From assembly GCA_951406725.2 (NCBI GenBank), contig OX597832.1, positions 50,902,001 to 50,966,000 of the forward strand: a DNA stretch of 64,000 nucleotides, read 5' to 3'. Positions within the stretch are counted from its first letter, which is position 1; every line of letters begins with the position of its first letter. Below, one piece after another: positions 27,551 to 40,038 of this stretch. A program made the translations under genes and the position numbers. This DNA is from Octopus vulgaris (Eukaryota). Below the pieces are notes generated by a model that had not been told where the DNA came from, did no database searches, and saw only the letters and a list, made by a program, of their open reading frames with translations.

Positions 27551-28854
27551 GGCAGGAGGGGCAGGCTTAGCCCAGGCTTAATCTGGATTCGGCAGGCTTA
27601 CAATCAAAAGCAGTCCTGCAATATCCATCTGCCCTCCCTCCCCACCGACCCCAGATATCACGTGTCTTGTACTACATTATCCCACGTAGTCGTATGTCTT
27701 TTATCTTTCACTGGTTTCAATCACTGGACCCGGCCATACTGGGGCACCATTTCAAAGGGCTTTTAGTTGAACAAATCGATCCCGGTACTTAATTTTTTTT
27801 TTTTTTTTTTTTTTTTCCATTAAAATCTCGTTCTTATTTTTATCGGTCCCGCTTACTGAACCGACGGATTAAGTCGATTACATTGACCCCAGTGCCTAAT
27901 TGGTACTTAATTTATCGATCCCGAAAGGATGAAAGGCAAAGTCGACCTCGGCGGAATTTGAACTCAGAACGTAACGGCAGACGAAATACCGCTAAGTATT
28001 TCGCCCGGCGTGCCAACAATTCTGCCAGCTCGCCGCCTTCCCTACCATCCGTGGCGGGTGGTATCACCAATTTTTCATCTACTTTGAAATTTTGAATCAA
28101 AATCTCTCCCATGCACCCTTTTTCTTTATAATATGTCTTCCTCTGTGTGTGTATGTACGTGTGTGTGCGCGCGTATTTTCATGAGAAAGGTATCACAGAA
28201 GAATGACAAAATTATTATTTCAATATTCCTTCTTTCAGCTAAGCCCATTATTACTTTTTTGCCCTGACTTTTGTTTGCCTGTCCAACCTTCAATACATCT
28301 TACAGTTCTTTTTCTCCCCTTTATTTTTATAATCTTCTTTTGTTTACATTTCTGCCATTAATCTTTCTGTTTGCACATATATGCGTTCCTTCATTTTCTC
28401 TAACACAACTTTCTAATCCTATAATTGCAAAACGCACCGTGTTCGCAACATTAAGCTGTCGTTAGCTTCATTCTTTCTTTCTACATAAAATCCACAAGAT
28501 TTGAGCTGTGGGTGTAACTCCTTGTTCACATTCAGCAGTGCTATGGCGTACTCAGTGGCGGGATGTGGCCTACTGGTTAGGGTGTTTCACCTACAATCGC
28601 GAGATCTGGGATTTCGATTCCCAGACCGGCGAGAAGTGGGGTGTTCTTGAACAAAGCACTTCATTTCATGTTGCTATGCAAATTATTTCGACACGTGATG
28701 TGTAATACATCGTGCACCTGTACAGACGACGTAGGTTTGATGTAGGAAGTGAGATAATGGGCAGAACAAAACATTTGACTATAAACAAATTGTTTGAGCA
28801 GGTTGTTCAACAAAAAAATTGGGAATCACCTTTCCCAGACTCGAGAAACTACCA

Positions 28855-29196
28855 AGGAGGAGGAGGAGGAGGAGGAGGAGAAGAAGAAGAAGAAGAACAA
28901 GAAGAACAAGAAGAAGAAGAAGAACAAGAACAAGAAGAAGAACAAGAACAACAACAACAACAACAACAACCAGGAGGATGAGGAGGAGAAGAGAAGAACA
29001 AGAACAAGAACAAGAAGGAGGAGGAGGGGAGGAGGAAGAGAAGAAGAGGGAGGAGAAGAAGAAAGAGGAGAAGAAGAAGAAGAAGAAGAAGAAGAAAAAG
29101 AACAACAACAACAACAACCAGGAGGAGGAAGAAGAAGAAGAAGAAGAAGAAGAAGAAGAAGAAGAAGAAGAAGAAGAAGAAGAAGAAGAAGAAGAA
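28855..29196. repeat. (GGA)n/(GAA)n/(CAA)n microsatellite
   Basis: Direct inspection. Confidence 0.95.
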
Positions 29197-29708
29197 GCGG
29201 GTATACCCATCTATTGCATGAAGATAAAGTTCAATCAATCGAAGAAAGCCAGTAAAATGTCTCAGCTTTATTATAATATCAGTGATTTCGTTGTGTTACT
29301 TCCGTTTCATTTTGTTTTGGGGGATTTTGTATTTTGCATTTTTCTCCAATTTTATCATTTGTTTCCTCTGGTTTATTTCTCCATTCTGAAACACAGCCTA
29401 TATTCATCACATCACCCTGTAGCATAACCATATCCATATCGTATTTGTGTCCTTCACCCTCTTTCAATTATGTTATTGATTTTCTATCTTGAAGTGTAAT
29501 TAATTCCCTCAGGATTTTCACCTTTTTCCAAAACTGCATTTACCAAAAACCAAATAGCATCTTTACTACAAATTCTAACAAATCATATTAAAATGTTCTT
29601 TCTCGCTTTTGAGAGTAAAATTTAAGATCATCCATGAATATTAAGTCATTGATTTCTTTCCTTACATTTTGCTAGATGATACCATAGGTTTCTGTTTTCG
29701 TTAACATA

Positions 29709-30005
29709 TCTTTATATATAAAAGTGAAGTTGTGTGTCTGTCTCCTACGATTTAGATTCCTAACTACTCCCACATTTTGCGGTGCAGTTTAACCAAAAGC
29801 GGGTATCTTATAGTCGTGATTCATATCGAGCCCTTCTGGGTATTAGCGCGCGTCTACGATGAGTCTACGATTAAAAAAAAAATTACCATCATTTTTTTCC
29901 ATTTTTAATGCATTTGTTGCTATTATATAAGGGAAGTAACTCTCTAAAAATGCTTATATAGTTATTTCCCTTACAAACCCGAGCAACGCCGGGCGATACT
30001 GCTAG
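29709..30005 (+). mobile_element. Non-autonomous Helitron, family A
   Basis: TC...hairpin...CTAG, A/T target; reverse complement of the 503-807 type. Confidence 0.85.
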
Positions 30006-31335
30006 TTTAATATATAACAAACAGAAATGGCAATAAGGAGTATAATTTCAAAGCACCCTTTTATTGTCAATGTCACCCAGGAATCTTTAACTGCCATTTA
30101 AACTTGCTATGCTCTCATGTTAGTATCCACAAACTTTTGTATTTCATCGGAGATTACAAATAATTTAATTCATTTTTAAATTCAGATTCATGATATAATA
30201 CATCTGTCGTCGTTTATCACGGGTGTTTGGGTAAAAAACAACAACAACGTGCTAAATGAATCTCTTATTATAAAAGGCAGATTTTATCTGCCTCCCTTTG
30301 TCAGTTATAGAAATCTACAATATAGGATTTCTTCCATTACAATTTACCTAGCATTTTTAAGAGTAGAATGCATCGGGTCATGCCAGGTCCAGTTTTTAAA
30401 ATTTAAACTCCAATTAAGCAAAATTTACAGAAAACTCGCATTCTGGTGTGTATGTCAAATGCTTTTCTTAGTCTGGTTTACAGCACACGCAAACGCACAC
30501 ACACAGTGTGCAACGAATAAAGTGAAACTAATTCAGTGTGTTGACAGGTAGACAATAGAATGCGATGACGATGGCGATGTAATATTTGTTTCTGTCTATG
30601 ACGCTGATAGATACATGAGTAAAATGTATGGGAAGCTAAGAGATAAGAGTGAGTGAAAATGTTCTTGGAAGAGAGTAAATAGCGAGAGAGAGTGATTTGA
30701 GGAAGACTTTACATTAAATAACCGTAGTGGCTTGTGTTAGTAATAAAGTAAACATACACTCATACATACATACATACATACATACATACATACACACACA
30801 CACATACACACACACATACATACACACACATACATACATACACACATACATACATACATACATATACATACATACATATACATACATACACACACACACG
30901 CATACACACACACACAGTATTGAAGCTTGAGAACAATCAGATACATTTGCAACACATCTGTTGAAAATATTATTGTTCACACACATACATATACATATAT
31001 ACATACAGACAGACAGACAGATAGACACACACACACACACACATGATCCAGCATGGCCACAACCTCAAGGCTGAAACATATAAAAGAATAACAGAATATA
31101 AATGTGTGCATGTGTGTGAGAGAGAGAGTGTGTGTGTATATGTATGTATGTATGTATGTATATATATATAATAATGCGGTTTTTTCAACAGCTTGAACTA
31201 AAAGTCAGAGGGGAATGGGATAAACTACTTATATTAACTTGCTATAAAATCAGGTAGTAATTTTATCTTGTCCTTATTCATAGTGCAAGTTTTGAAGAGT
31301 GCATTTCGATTTTAACAGCTATTTTTTTCAAAGCT

Positions 31336-31760
31336 ATGTTGGAAGTAACAAAGGAGCATATTTGGCATATTTTGCTTTATGAGTTCAATAAAGACAACAA
31401 CGCAACGGAAAGTACAAGAAATATTAATGCAGTATATGGGGATTGGACAATAAGCGTAAGGCAGTGTCAATGGTGGTTCCAGAAATTCCGAGCCATAAAC
31501 TACAGCCTAGAAGACGAGCCTCATCCTGAAAGATCTGTAGAACTCGACAAGGACATCCTGAAAACCCTGGTGGAACAAAATCTCATCGTAACTGTTGAGG
31601 AACTAGCAGAGAAGCTTGGATTTGGTCATTCAACCATTCATTGAGACCTGTGTGCTATCGGAAAAGTCAGCAAATTGGGTCAATGGGTTCCTCACGAACT
31701 TTCCGAGTCTAATTGCATGCAGAGAGTGAATGTATGCTTCTCTTTGCTGTCACATCTCAC
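31336..31760 (+). pseudogene. Mariner (Mos1/SETMAR-like) transposase N-terminal fragment
   Basis: HTH region MLEVTKEHIWHILLYEF..WFQKFR..SLEDEP; reads through an in-frame TGA at 31642 into GKVSKLGQWVPHEL (mariner WVPHEL linker); TIR-like aataatgcggttttttc at ~31170; truncated before the Helitron at 31780. Confidence 0.9.
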
Positions 31761-31779
31761 CACTACTGCGCTATGTATA

Positions 31780-32416
31780 TCTATATATATAAAACTGTAG
31801 TTGTGTGAGTGTCTGTCCCCTTCGATTTAGATTCCTAACTACTCCCACATTTTGCGGTGCAGTTTAACCAAATTCGGGTAGCTTATAGTCGTGATTCATA
31901 TCAAGCCCGTCTGAGTATTAGCGCGCGTCTACGATGAGTCTACGATTTTAAAAATAATTTAACATTATTTTTTATTCCATTTTAATGCATAATTTTTCGT
32001 GTGTCGATGGCGGCGGAGTTGGCGTCCACGCTCACACTTGCACCTGTGGGGAAGGGAGTGTAAGGAAATCAACGTCGTAATGCGTTGTCAAGGAGACCAG
32101 CATTCTTTTAGAACAACGACTTCATGGCTTGAAGACACCAAAACAGAAATGGCTAAGAAAGCGTCTACATGAGTCTACGATTTAAAAAAAAATTTACCAT
32201 CGTTTTTTTTCCATTTTAATGCATTTTTTCGCTATTATATAAGGGAAGTAACTCTCTAAAAATGTCTACGATGAGTCAACGATTTTTCAAAAAATTTACC
32301 ATCATATTTTTTCCATTTTTAATGCATTTTTTGCTACTTTTTGGCTATAACTCTCTAAAAATGCTTATATAGTTATTTCCCTTACAAACCCGAGCAACGC
32401 CGGGCGATACTGCTAG
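31780..32416 (+). mobile_element. Long family A Helitron with triplicated internal module
   Basis: TC start and CTAG end; gtctacgatgagtctacgattt.. module three times; extra GC-richer segment at ~31995-32160. Confidence 0.85.
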
Positions 32417-32779
32417 TCTCTCTATATATAAACGGCAAAATGTCTGTGTGTGTCCTTTATACAAATCCACAATTTTTCAGTTAGAGGGCTCGCACTTTCT
32501 ATGGTCATGCAAAACCGTCCAAGGGTGGTCGTGCACATCTTTACATTTCCCCAGTCACCCGACAAAGCCATTAAAAACTCAATAGAAGTGACTTTTTTTG
32601 TGAATTTTCTATCCAAAACCCAATCAAAATACCTGAAACTTGATACGCCAATTGAATGCCAGCTAGCTGTATGTGACTGGTCGAAAATTTGGACAGTACT
32701 CGCGTGTATGTGTGCACGCATGCAGCTGTATATGCATGCACTAGCACTATGACCTGGCATTGCCGGGTCATAGTGCTAG
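32417..32779 (+). mobile_element. Family B Helitron fused head-to-tail to the previous element
   Basis: ..gCTAG|TCtctctatatata junction; terminal palindrome ctagcactatgacc-tggca-t-tgccg-ggtcatagtgctag. Confidence 0.85.
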
Positions 32780-32957
32780 TCAGAAATAAATGAAGATAAA
32801 TATATTATGTTTTTATAGTAGTCTGACAAACCTCTTACTAGGTTCTTCATATTCTTTACTCCTGGAGTACCGTGATACCAATATACTCTTTTACTCTCTT
32901 TTACTGATTTCAGTCATTTGACTGCGGCCATGCCGGAGCACCGCCTTTAAGTATGAG

Positions 32958-33075
32958 ATGCTTACAACACCTAAGTTTCCCAAGCAGACACCCATCTGAG
33001 TACCAACTAGGCTCGACGTTGTTTAACTTCAGTAAACGGACGAGAACTGGTGCTTTCAATGTGATATAGGTCTTG
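32958..33075 (-). pseudogene. 5S rRNA pseudogene / 5S-derived head
   Basis: gcttacaacacc..ttcccaagc..cacccatc..agtaccaac..ggctcgacgttgtttaacttc..ggacgagaactggtgctttcaatgtgatat aligns by eye with the reverse complement of invertebrate 5S rRNA over nearly full length, with many substitutions. Confidence 0.85.
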
Positions 33076-33161
33076 TTCTAATCTGAGAATCAGTATATCT
33101 ACTATAAATCAAATCTGCCTATTGTTTTAATTATTGTTTGAAATCTCGTCTTAACACCTTA

Positions 33162-33212
<51 letters not shown>

Positions 33213-33322
33213 CAAATGAAATAAAATGAAAAACAGGACACAAAGGATGTTGTGGTACATATGTTTCGAGCTTTATAGAACAACTTATTCTTACATCTGC
33301 TTACATTTATCAAGTATTCACC

Positions 33323-33374
<52 letters not shown>

Positions 33375-33403
33375 AAATAAGCAACAAGTATATCCGAGGT
33401 AAT

Positions 33404-33490
33404 GTGGTACGATCGTTTCATGCTACTTCATTTTATTAAACACTGTAAGTATTACAATTAGCTTTAAAATGTCGAGCAATCTTCAGCCAC
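33404..33490 (-). ncRNA. Minimal type-I hammerhead ribozyme motif with long stem II
   Basis: gtgg CTGAAGA t tgct...agca t GAAAC gatc GTA ccac; palindromic loop 3; predicted cut between 33408 and 33407. Confidence 0.75.
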
Positions 33491-33648
33491 TTATAGAAAT
33501 TTTCCAATCAAATGGACAATGCACATTCTTATCCTTATTTCGTTTGCCAACATTATAAAGAGGGTAGATATACAGACAGAGAGGTTGATTTCATTCTTAA
33601 GAACATCATAGTATTAAATCTACTCTCTGACTGTAGATTTTAACTTTG

Positions 33649-33690
<42 letters not shown>

Positions 33691-33787
33691 CGGGAAGCTT
33701 TATGAAAATAGACAAAAGACGAAGGCAGGTGGAATACAAACAAACAATTGTATTAGTATGGCGCTCAGGAAATATAAATAAAACAAG

Positions 33788-33825
33788 TCTTTAACGTTTC
33801 GAGCCTACGCTCTTCAACAGAAAGA
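33788..33825 (-). ncRNA. Minimal hammerhead motif (A6U variant, loopless stem III)
   Basis: tcttt CTGTTGA a gagc-gtag-gctc GAAAC GTT aaaga. Confidence 0.65.
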
Positions 33826-33834
33826 TACACAGAG

Positions 33835-33899
<65 letters not shown>

Positions 33900-34284
33900 C
33901 CTAGCGGATACCGTGTTCGTTCTGGCTAACCACAGTGAATGTAGATAAACTCCAGTTAGTTAAAAATTTACTATACTCAGTTAATCATCACTTGGTAAAT
34001 CCAAAGCGGAAGCGTGCGTAGGGCTTGACGAAGGAAGGTGTGATTAACTGTAGAATGAAACTTGGATGTGCAAATGCGTATGCTTTGGCAAACCTTTCAT
34101 ATGTGCAAGTCTCCCCTTTTTCCACAACTCTGATGTTTTCCTTAGAAAAAGTAGTCTCATAGAACCTGGCACGAATATTGCTGCAGATGTTGCCGTCCAA
34201 GTGCAAAGACCCCTAACTACAAAGTATCTCGGTCGATGCTCTGAGCATTCCATCAACCATCATCATAGATTGGTATCCAATATT

Positions 34285-34850
34285 ACTTAAGCCCTTCGCT
34301 CCCAAAAGAGCATGGCACATCGACCACTTTTCTTCACTGTTCTCAACTTTAGGCTGTCTTTTCTGCTTTTCTCTAACTTTTTCTGCTTTTCTTTAACTTT
34401 TTTAGCTCTTCTGGTATCCCACCTCCATTCTGGTATCCCACCTCCAGCGATTTTAGCTCTTCTGGTATCCCACCTCCATTCTGGTATCCCACCTCCAGCG
34501 ATTTTAGCTCTTCTGGTATCCCACCTCCATTCTGGTATCCCACCTCCAGCGATTTTAGCTCTTCTGGTATCCCACCTCCATTCTGGATCCCACCTCCAGC
34601 GATTTTAGCTCTTCTGGTATCCCACCTCCATTCTGGTATCCCACCTCCAGCGATTTTAGCTCTTCTGGTATCCCACCTCCATTCTGGTATCCCACCTCCA
34701 GCGATTGTTTGGGTTTCCTCTCTACCGTCTCATTTGAGAGTTTCAGGTCAGGGCCTGACGTGCAATGCCGGATGTCGTTTCGGATTTTGCTGCACCACAT
34801 CTTATATTGCTCTGGAAGGGTGGGCTTTCTCTCTCGAGTTTTGAATTGCT
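34285..34850 (-). pseudogene. Decayed RTE LINE 3' end
   Basis: - strand GIARQALT*NSQMRR*RGNPNNRWRWDT matches the RTE motif 'ALTWNPQGKR.RGRPKNTWRR'; RTE-like terminus near 34290-34340. Confidence 0.7.
34400..34705. repeat. 51-bp minisatellite, 6 copies, inside the RTE fragment
   Basis: Unit ttttagctcttctggtatcccacctccattctggtatcccacctccagcga; one copy has a 1-bp deletion. Confidence 0.95.
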
Positions 34851-34991
34851 GAAGACACAAAGACTTTCACACCTTCAGTACCCTCATGACTGATTATGAT
34901 AATGCACATCGCATTGATGACGATGATATTAGGTTGTCGTCTACATCATCATCATCATCATCATCAAAACTACCATCATCATCATTATCAC

Positions 34992-35059
<68 letters not shown>

Positions 35060-35138
35060 CCATGATCATCATCATCCTTATCATCATCATGATCATAATC
35101 ATCATCAATACCATCATCATCATCATCTTCATCACTAC

Positions 35139-35172
<34 letters not shown>

Positions 35173-35802
35173 GTCGTCGTCTTTGTTGTCATCATGGTGA
35201 TCGTTGTGGTGGTAACTTCGCTTTTTTTGTGGAAACCCTTTTTTTCACGTTTGGAAAGAGGCAGTTAAACTTAGTCTGGCCCCTATCCTTTAATCTGTCC
35301 CACATAGCTGCCCTGCCGGGAGCTTACGGCTCTCTGGTATAGCACTCAGGATAATTGGGACTGGACCTTGTGGTAGGGTACTTTATATTATGGACCTAGA
35401 ATGATGAAAGGCGCAATTTACCTCGGAGTGATTTGAATTCGTAGGGCAGAAAGCCAGAACAAAAGCACAAGGTATACAATCAAGTGCACTAACGAATCTA
35501 CCACGTTGTCACCTTGTATAGGGCTGGTATCTTTGAGAGATTTCTTATTGGCCCCCCACAGGTTAGATATTATTTCATTATATTCTGTATTTTCTCTCCG
35601 AGAAAAATGCAAACTGTATGAGTATGGTGGGACCAAAACTGAATCTAGCGCTCAACCGGTTCTGCTACCCAATAAAAAGAAACAGCAGTGTTGATGATGA
35701 TGATGATGTTGGTCCTGGTAATGATAATGCACATCGTGTTGATGACGATGATAATGGGTTGTCGTCTACATCATCATCATCATCATCACTACCATCATCA
35801 CT

Positions 35803-35836
<34 letters not shown>

Positions 35837-35849
35837 CTATCATCATCAA

Positions 35850-35887
<38 letters not shown>

Positions 35888-36066
35888 CTACCATCATCAT
35901 CACTACCATCATCATCACCATCATGATCATCATCATCATCATCATAATCATCACTACCATCATCATCACTACCATCATCATCACCACCATCATCATCACC
36001 ACCATCGTCACCATCATCATCATCACTATCATCATCATCATCATCATCACCATCATCATCATCACT

Positions 36067-36121
<55 letters not shown>

Positions 36122-36424
36122 CTACCATCATCATCATCATCTACGTCGTCGTCGTCGTTGTTGTCATCGTGGGGATCGTAGTGGTGGTGCTGGCGGTGTC
36201 CTTGCTAGTCATGAGGGTGCCGAGGGGTGTGAAAGTCCTTTGTGTCTTCTTCAGCCTACAAATCTGGATGTGCATTTTGAAATTTCCACGGAACGTACGG
36301 AGGTTACTCGATGACGTGTCGTCATTCCATTGGCTGTCCAGATATAGAAATTTCGACAAAGAATGGGAGTGTTAAAGAGGCAGGCCAAATCGATACATGC
36401 GCTTCATGTGGTTTGTGTGTGTGT

Positions 36425-36457
<33 letters not shown>

Positions 36458-38706
36458 GGAGAGAGGCATGTCTTTTTATGGAAATATGCGTGTACTATCT
36501 ACGTATGTTTTGTCTAACAGCCTGCATGCAAGGTGCATATGAATGCATGCATGTTTGTATATGAATATATAGGAGTGGCTGTGTGGTAAGTAGCTTGCTT
36601 ACCAACCACATGGTTCCGGGTTCAGTCCCACTGCGTGGCACCTTGGGCAAGTGTGTGTGTGTGTGCCGGTATGTATGTATGTATGTATGCGGCAAGCTGG
36701 CAGAATCGTTAGCACACCGGGCGAAATGCGTAGCCGTATTTCGTCAGCCGTTACGTTCTGAGTTCAAATTCCGCCGAGGTCGACTTTGCCTTTCATCCTT
36801 TCGGGGTTGATAAATTAAGTACCAGTTACGCACTGGGGTCGATATAATCGACTTAATCCGTTTGTCTGTCCTTGTTTGTCCTCTCTGTATTTAGCCCCTC
36901 GTGGGTAGTAAAGAAATAGGTATGTATATTTACACTTCAAACTAGGTACGTGTACATGTGTGTGTGTGTTTGTATGTATATGTCAATGTATATGTGTGTG
37001 TGTGTGTATGTGTGTGTATGTGTGTGTGTGTGTGTGTGTCATTTTCGTGTTTTTATGCGTGTGTATGTGTGTGAGGCCTGTCACTTTTATGAAAATATGA
37101 GTACCCGTATTAAGTGTACCAACGTGTGTGTATGAAAGGGTGATAGTATTGCGGGTATGTTTGTATATGCACGTACAAGTGTGTAATTATGCGCATTTGT
37201 GAATGCGAAGATACTTGTGTGTTTACAGGTGTCTGTCTGTGTATGTATGTATATATATACATGTGTGTGTGTGTGTTTACTTTGGAATGTGTGTATGTGT
37301 CTATGTGTGTACGCGTAGAAGTCGTTTGTGTGGATGTATATAGGTTTCTGAGTGAGTGTACATCAACATGCATGCGTGCGTGCATCTTAGCGTGTATGAA
37401 TATAAATATAAGTGATTCTCTTAGAGTGTGTGTGTGTGTGTGTGTGTACGCGTGTGCACTCGTGTGTGTGTGTGTGTGTGTGCATTATTTAATTGAGTGT
37501 ATGAGTGTGCATGCGACTGAGACTGTGCGTGTGTATGAGTGCGTTTGTATGTGTTGTGTGCTGTGTTTTGTGTGTGTGCGTGTGTGTATGTGTGTGAGCG
37601 CGTCCTTGACAGTGAATGTTTGCACGTTCACGTTTGTTTTCGTACGTCTATTATGTTCGTTAAGTGAATATTTGTGAGTTCATCTGTTGGCAAGTGTATG
37701 CGTGTGTATGTGTGTGTATGTGTATATGTGTGTGCGTGTGTGTGTGCATGTGTGTATATGTGTATGTGTGCGTGCGTGTGTATGTGTGTCCCATGTGTGT
37801 GTATGTGCATGCGTGTGTGCATATGTGCACATGCGTGTGCGTGCATGTGTGCACATGCGTGTGTGTGCGTGCGTGTATGCATGTGTGTGTATGTGTGTGC
37901 ATGTATGTGTATTCGTGTGTGTGTGTGCGTGTGTGTGTAAGGGCCTGTCTATATAATTTTCTTCATGTTTATGTTTCCATGTCTGAATCTACATGTTCGT
38001 GTGCATGTGTGTGTGCACATGTGTATGAATGTATCCGTGAATGCATGAGTGCATATATCTGCCAATGTGTGTGTGTGCGGGTATATGTTGTTGCATATAT
38101 CTACATGTTTGTGCGCGTGTGTGTTAGAATATTCTGATAATGTATGAATGCATACATACATGTATGTATGTATGCATGTATGTATATATGTATGTGTGTA
38201 TACATGTATGTATGCATGCATTTATGTATGTATGTATATGTGTTCGTATGTATGTATGCATGCATATATGCATGCATGTATGCACGTATGTATGTATATT
38301 TGTATGTATACATGTATGTATGTATCTATGTGTGTATGTATGTATGAATGTATGCATGCATGCATGCATTTATGTATGATTGTACGCATGAATGTATGAA
38401 TGTGTGTATGTATGTGTGTGCATGTATGTTTGTATGCATGTGTGTGTATGTACGATGCACACATGTTGGTATGCATGTATGAACGTGAGTGTGTATGTAC
38501 ATATCTGTATGAGTGCATGCATGTATGTGTATGTGTTATGTATATGTATGTATAAGCTTGTGAAAATGTCTCTCTATGTATAAGTGTGTGTGTATGTTGT
38601 GTGCGTGAGTGTGTATGTGTATGTTTGCGTGTGTGTACGTCTTATTTCTTTGCATGCTTGTGTATGTGTCTGTACACATATTTGCGAATGTATATGTGCA
38701 TATGTA

Positions 38707-38737
<31 letters not shown>

Positions 38738-38882
38738 TTTATATATATATGCGTTCGTGCTTGCATCTATCGTAATTGCGTATATGTGTTAGCCCGTGTG
38801 CACATGCATGTGTGGTGCACATATGTCCCGCAGTATATATAAGTGCGTATCTACGTCTGAATGTTTGCCTACAAATGCGTAC

Positions 38883-38913
<31 letters not shown>

Positions 38914-39439
38914 CTTCAGTGTCAGTGTTAATGTATGTTTGCGTGTGTCACTGTATATGTATGCGTGTGCATACGCGTGCATGTAATGTTTGAATGCAAA
39001 TGCGTGGATATGTGTGAGAGTCTTGCAAGGCCCAACGGGAAGGATGAACTCTGCTAAAATCCCAAATCAAAAAAAAATATATATATATATATAAATAGAT
39101 AAATAAAAACAAATGGAATAATGCTTTAAAAAAAACTGGGAGGAGCTTAGAATAAAATTTAAGAAAAAAAAATTAATAAAGAAAAAGACAAATATATATA
39201 CAAAAATTTTGGGGGTTGTTTTTAAAAAACCAAACAAAAAAAAACATATAGAACCCTTACATATACAAACCTCCAAAGAACAGAAGAGCAACCGAAACGA
39301 GAGAAAAGTAGTAGAAAGCCTAAAATAGAAAGATATATATAAGTGGAATATAAAATTTTGAAAGCAATGAAGGACGTAAGGCGGAGGAATTTTTCCGTAG
39401 TGAAAAGGTGGAGCGAGAAAATCCCGTTTTCCCAGCATG

Positions 39440-39590
39440 TCGAATCACGTGACGGTGCTACTGACGTTTTAAGTAAAGCCTTCTTGTGCGCCGCTGCACG
39501 TGACCGGCACCTCTGACGTCAACAGATCTCTGTTCAGAGGAGGCTGGAGAGCAACGTGAAAAATACAACAGCGTCGACGCCGCCATTCGT
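39440..39590. promoter_or_regulatory. Candidate enhancer/promoter: two E-box + CRE modules and a YY1-like motif
   Basis: TCACGTGAC 39445, TGACGT 39462, CACGTGAC 39497, TGACGTCA 39514, GCCGCCAT 39579 in a CpG-rich unique island. Confidence 0.5.
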
Positions 39591-39759
39591 TATTATTATT
39601 ATTATTTGTCGTCGACGTCGTCGTCGTCAGCAACGACAACAATATTAATTATAATAAAATAATCAAAATCATTACAAGGATGATAACGACGACGACGACA
39701 ACGATGACGATGACGATGATGATAATGATGATGATGACGACGGGGCTTCATAAATGCAT

Positions 39760-39805
<46 letters not shown>

Positions 39806-39940
39806 GGCCTGCTCGCTTAGCCAGCAGGGTGGCATCATTTGAAGGCTAAGACAATGCAAAGCGCATCGTGACCAGCGATGTGTAGCAACATCTGATAGCC
39901 TGGTCGGTCATGGTGATATATATATATATATACGTATTGC

Positions 39941-39986
<46 letters not shown>

Positions 39987-39987
39987 C

Positions 39988-40038
<51 letters not shown>

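Noticed and set aside
33988-34256. Non-repetitive short ORFs as host exons
   Set aside because: No recognisable domain or splice-site pair; adjacent to LINE debris.
34896-36375. His-rich ORFs resembling histidine-rich structural proteins
   Set aside because: These are (CAT)n microsatellites; poly-S, poly-I and poly-M frames are equally open, and there is no signal peptide or Gly/Ala-rich motif.
39458-39586. - strand ATGGCGGCG-initiated 42-codon ORF as a first exon
   Set aside because: No convincing splice donor or recognisable protein; the motif is equally explained as a YY1 site.
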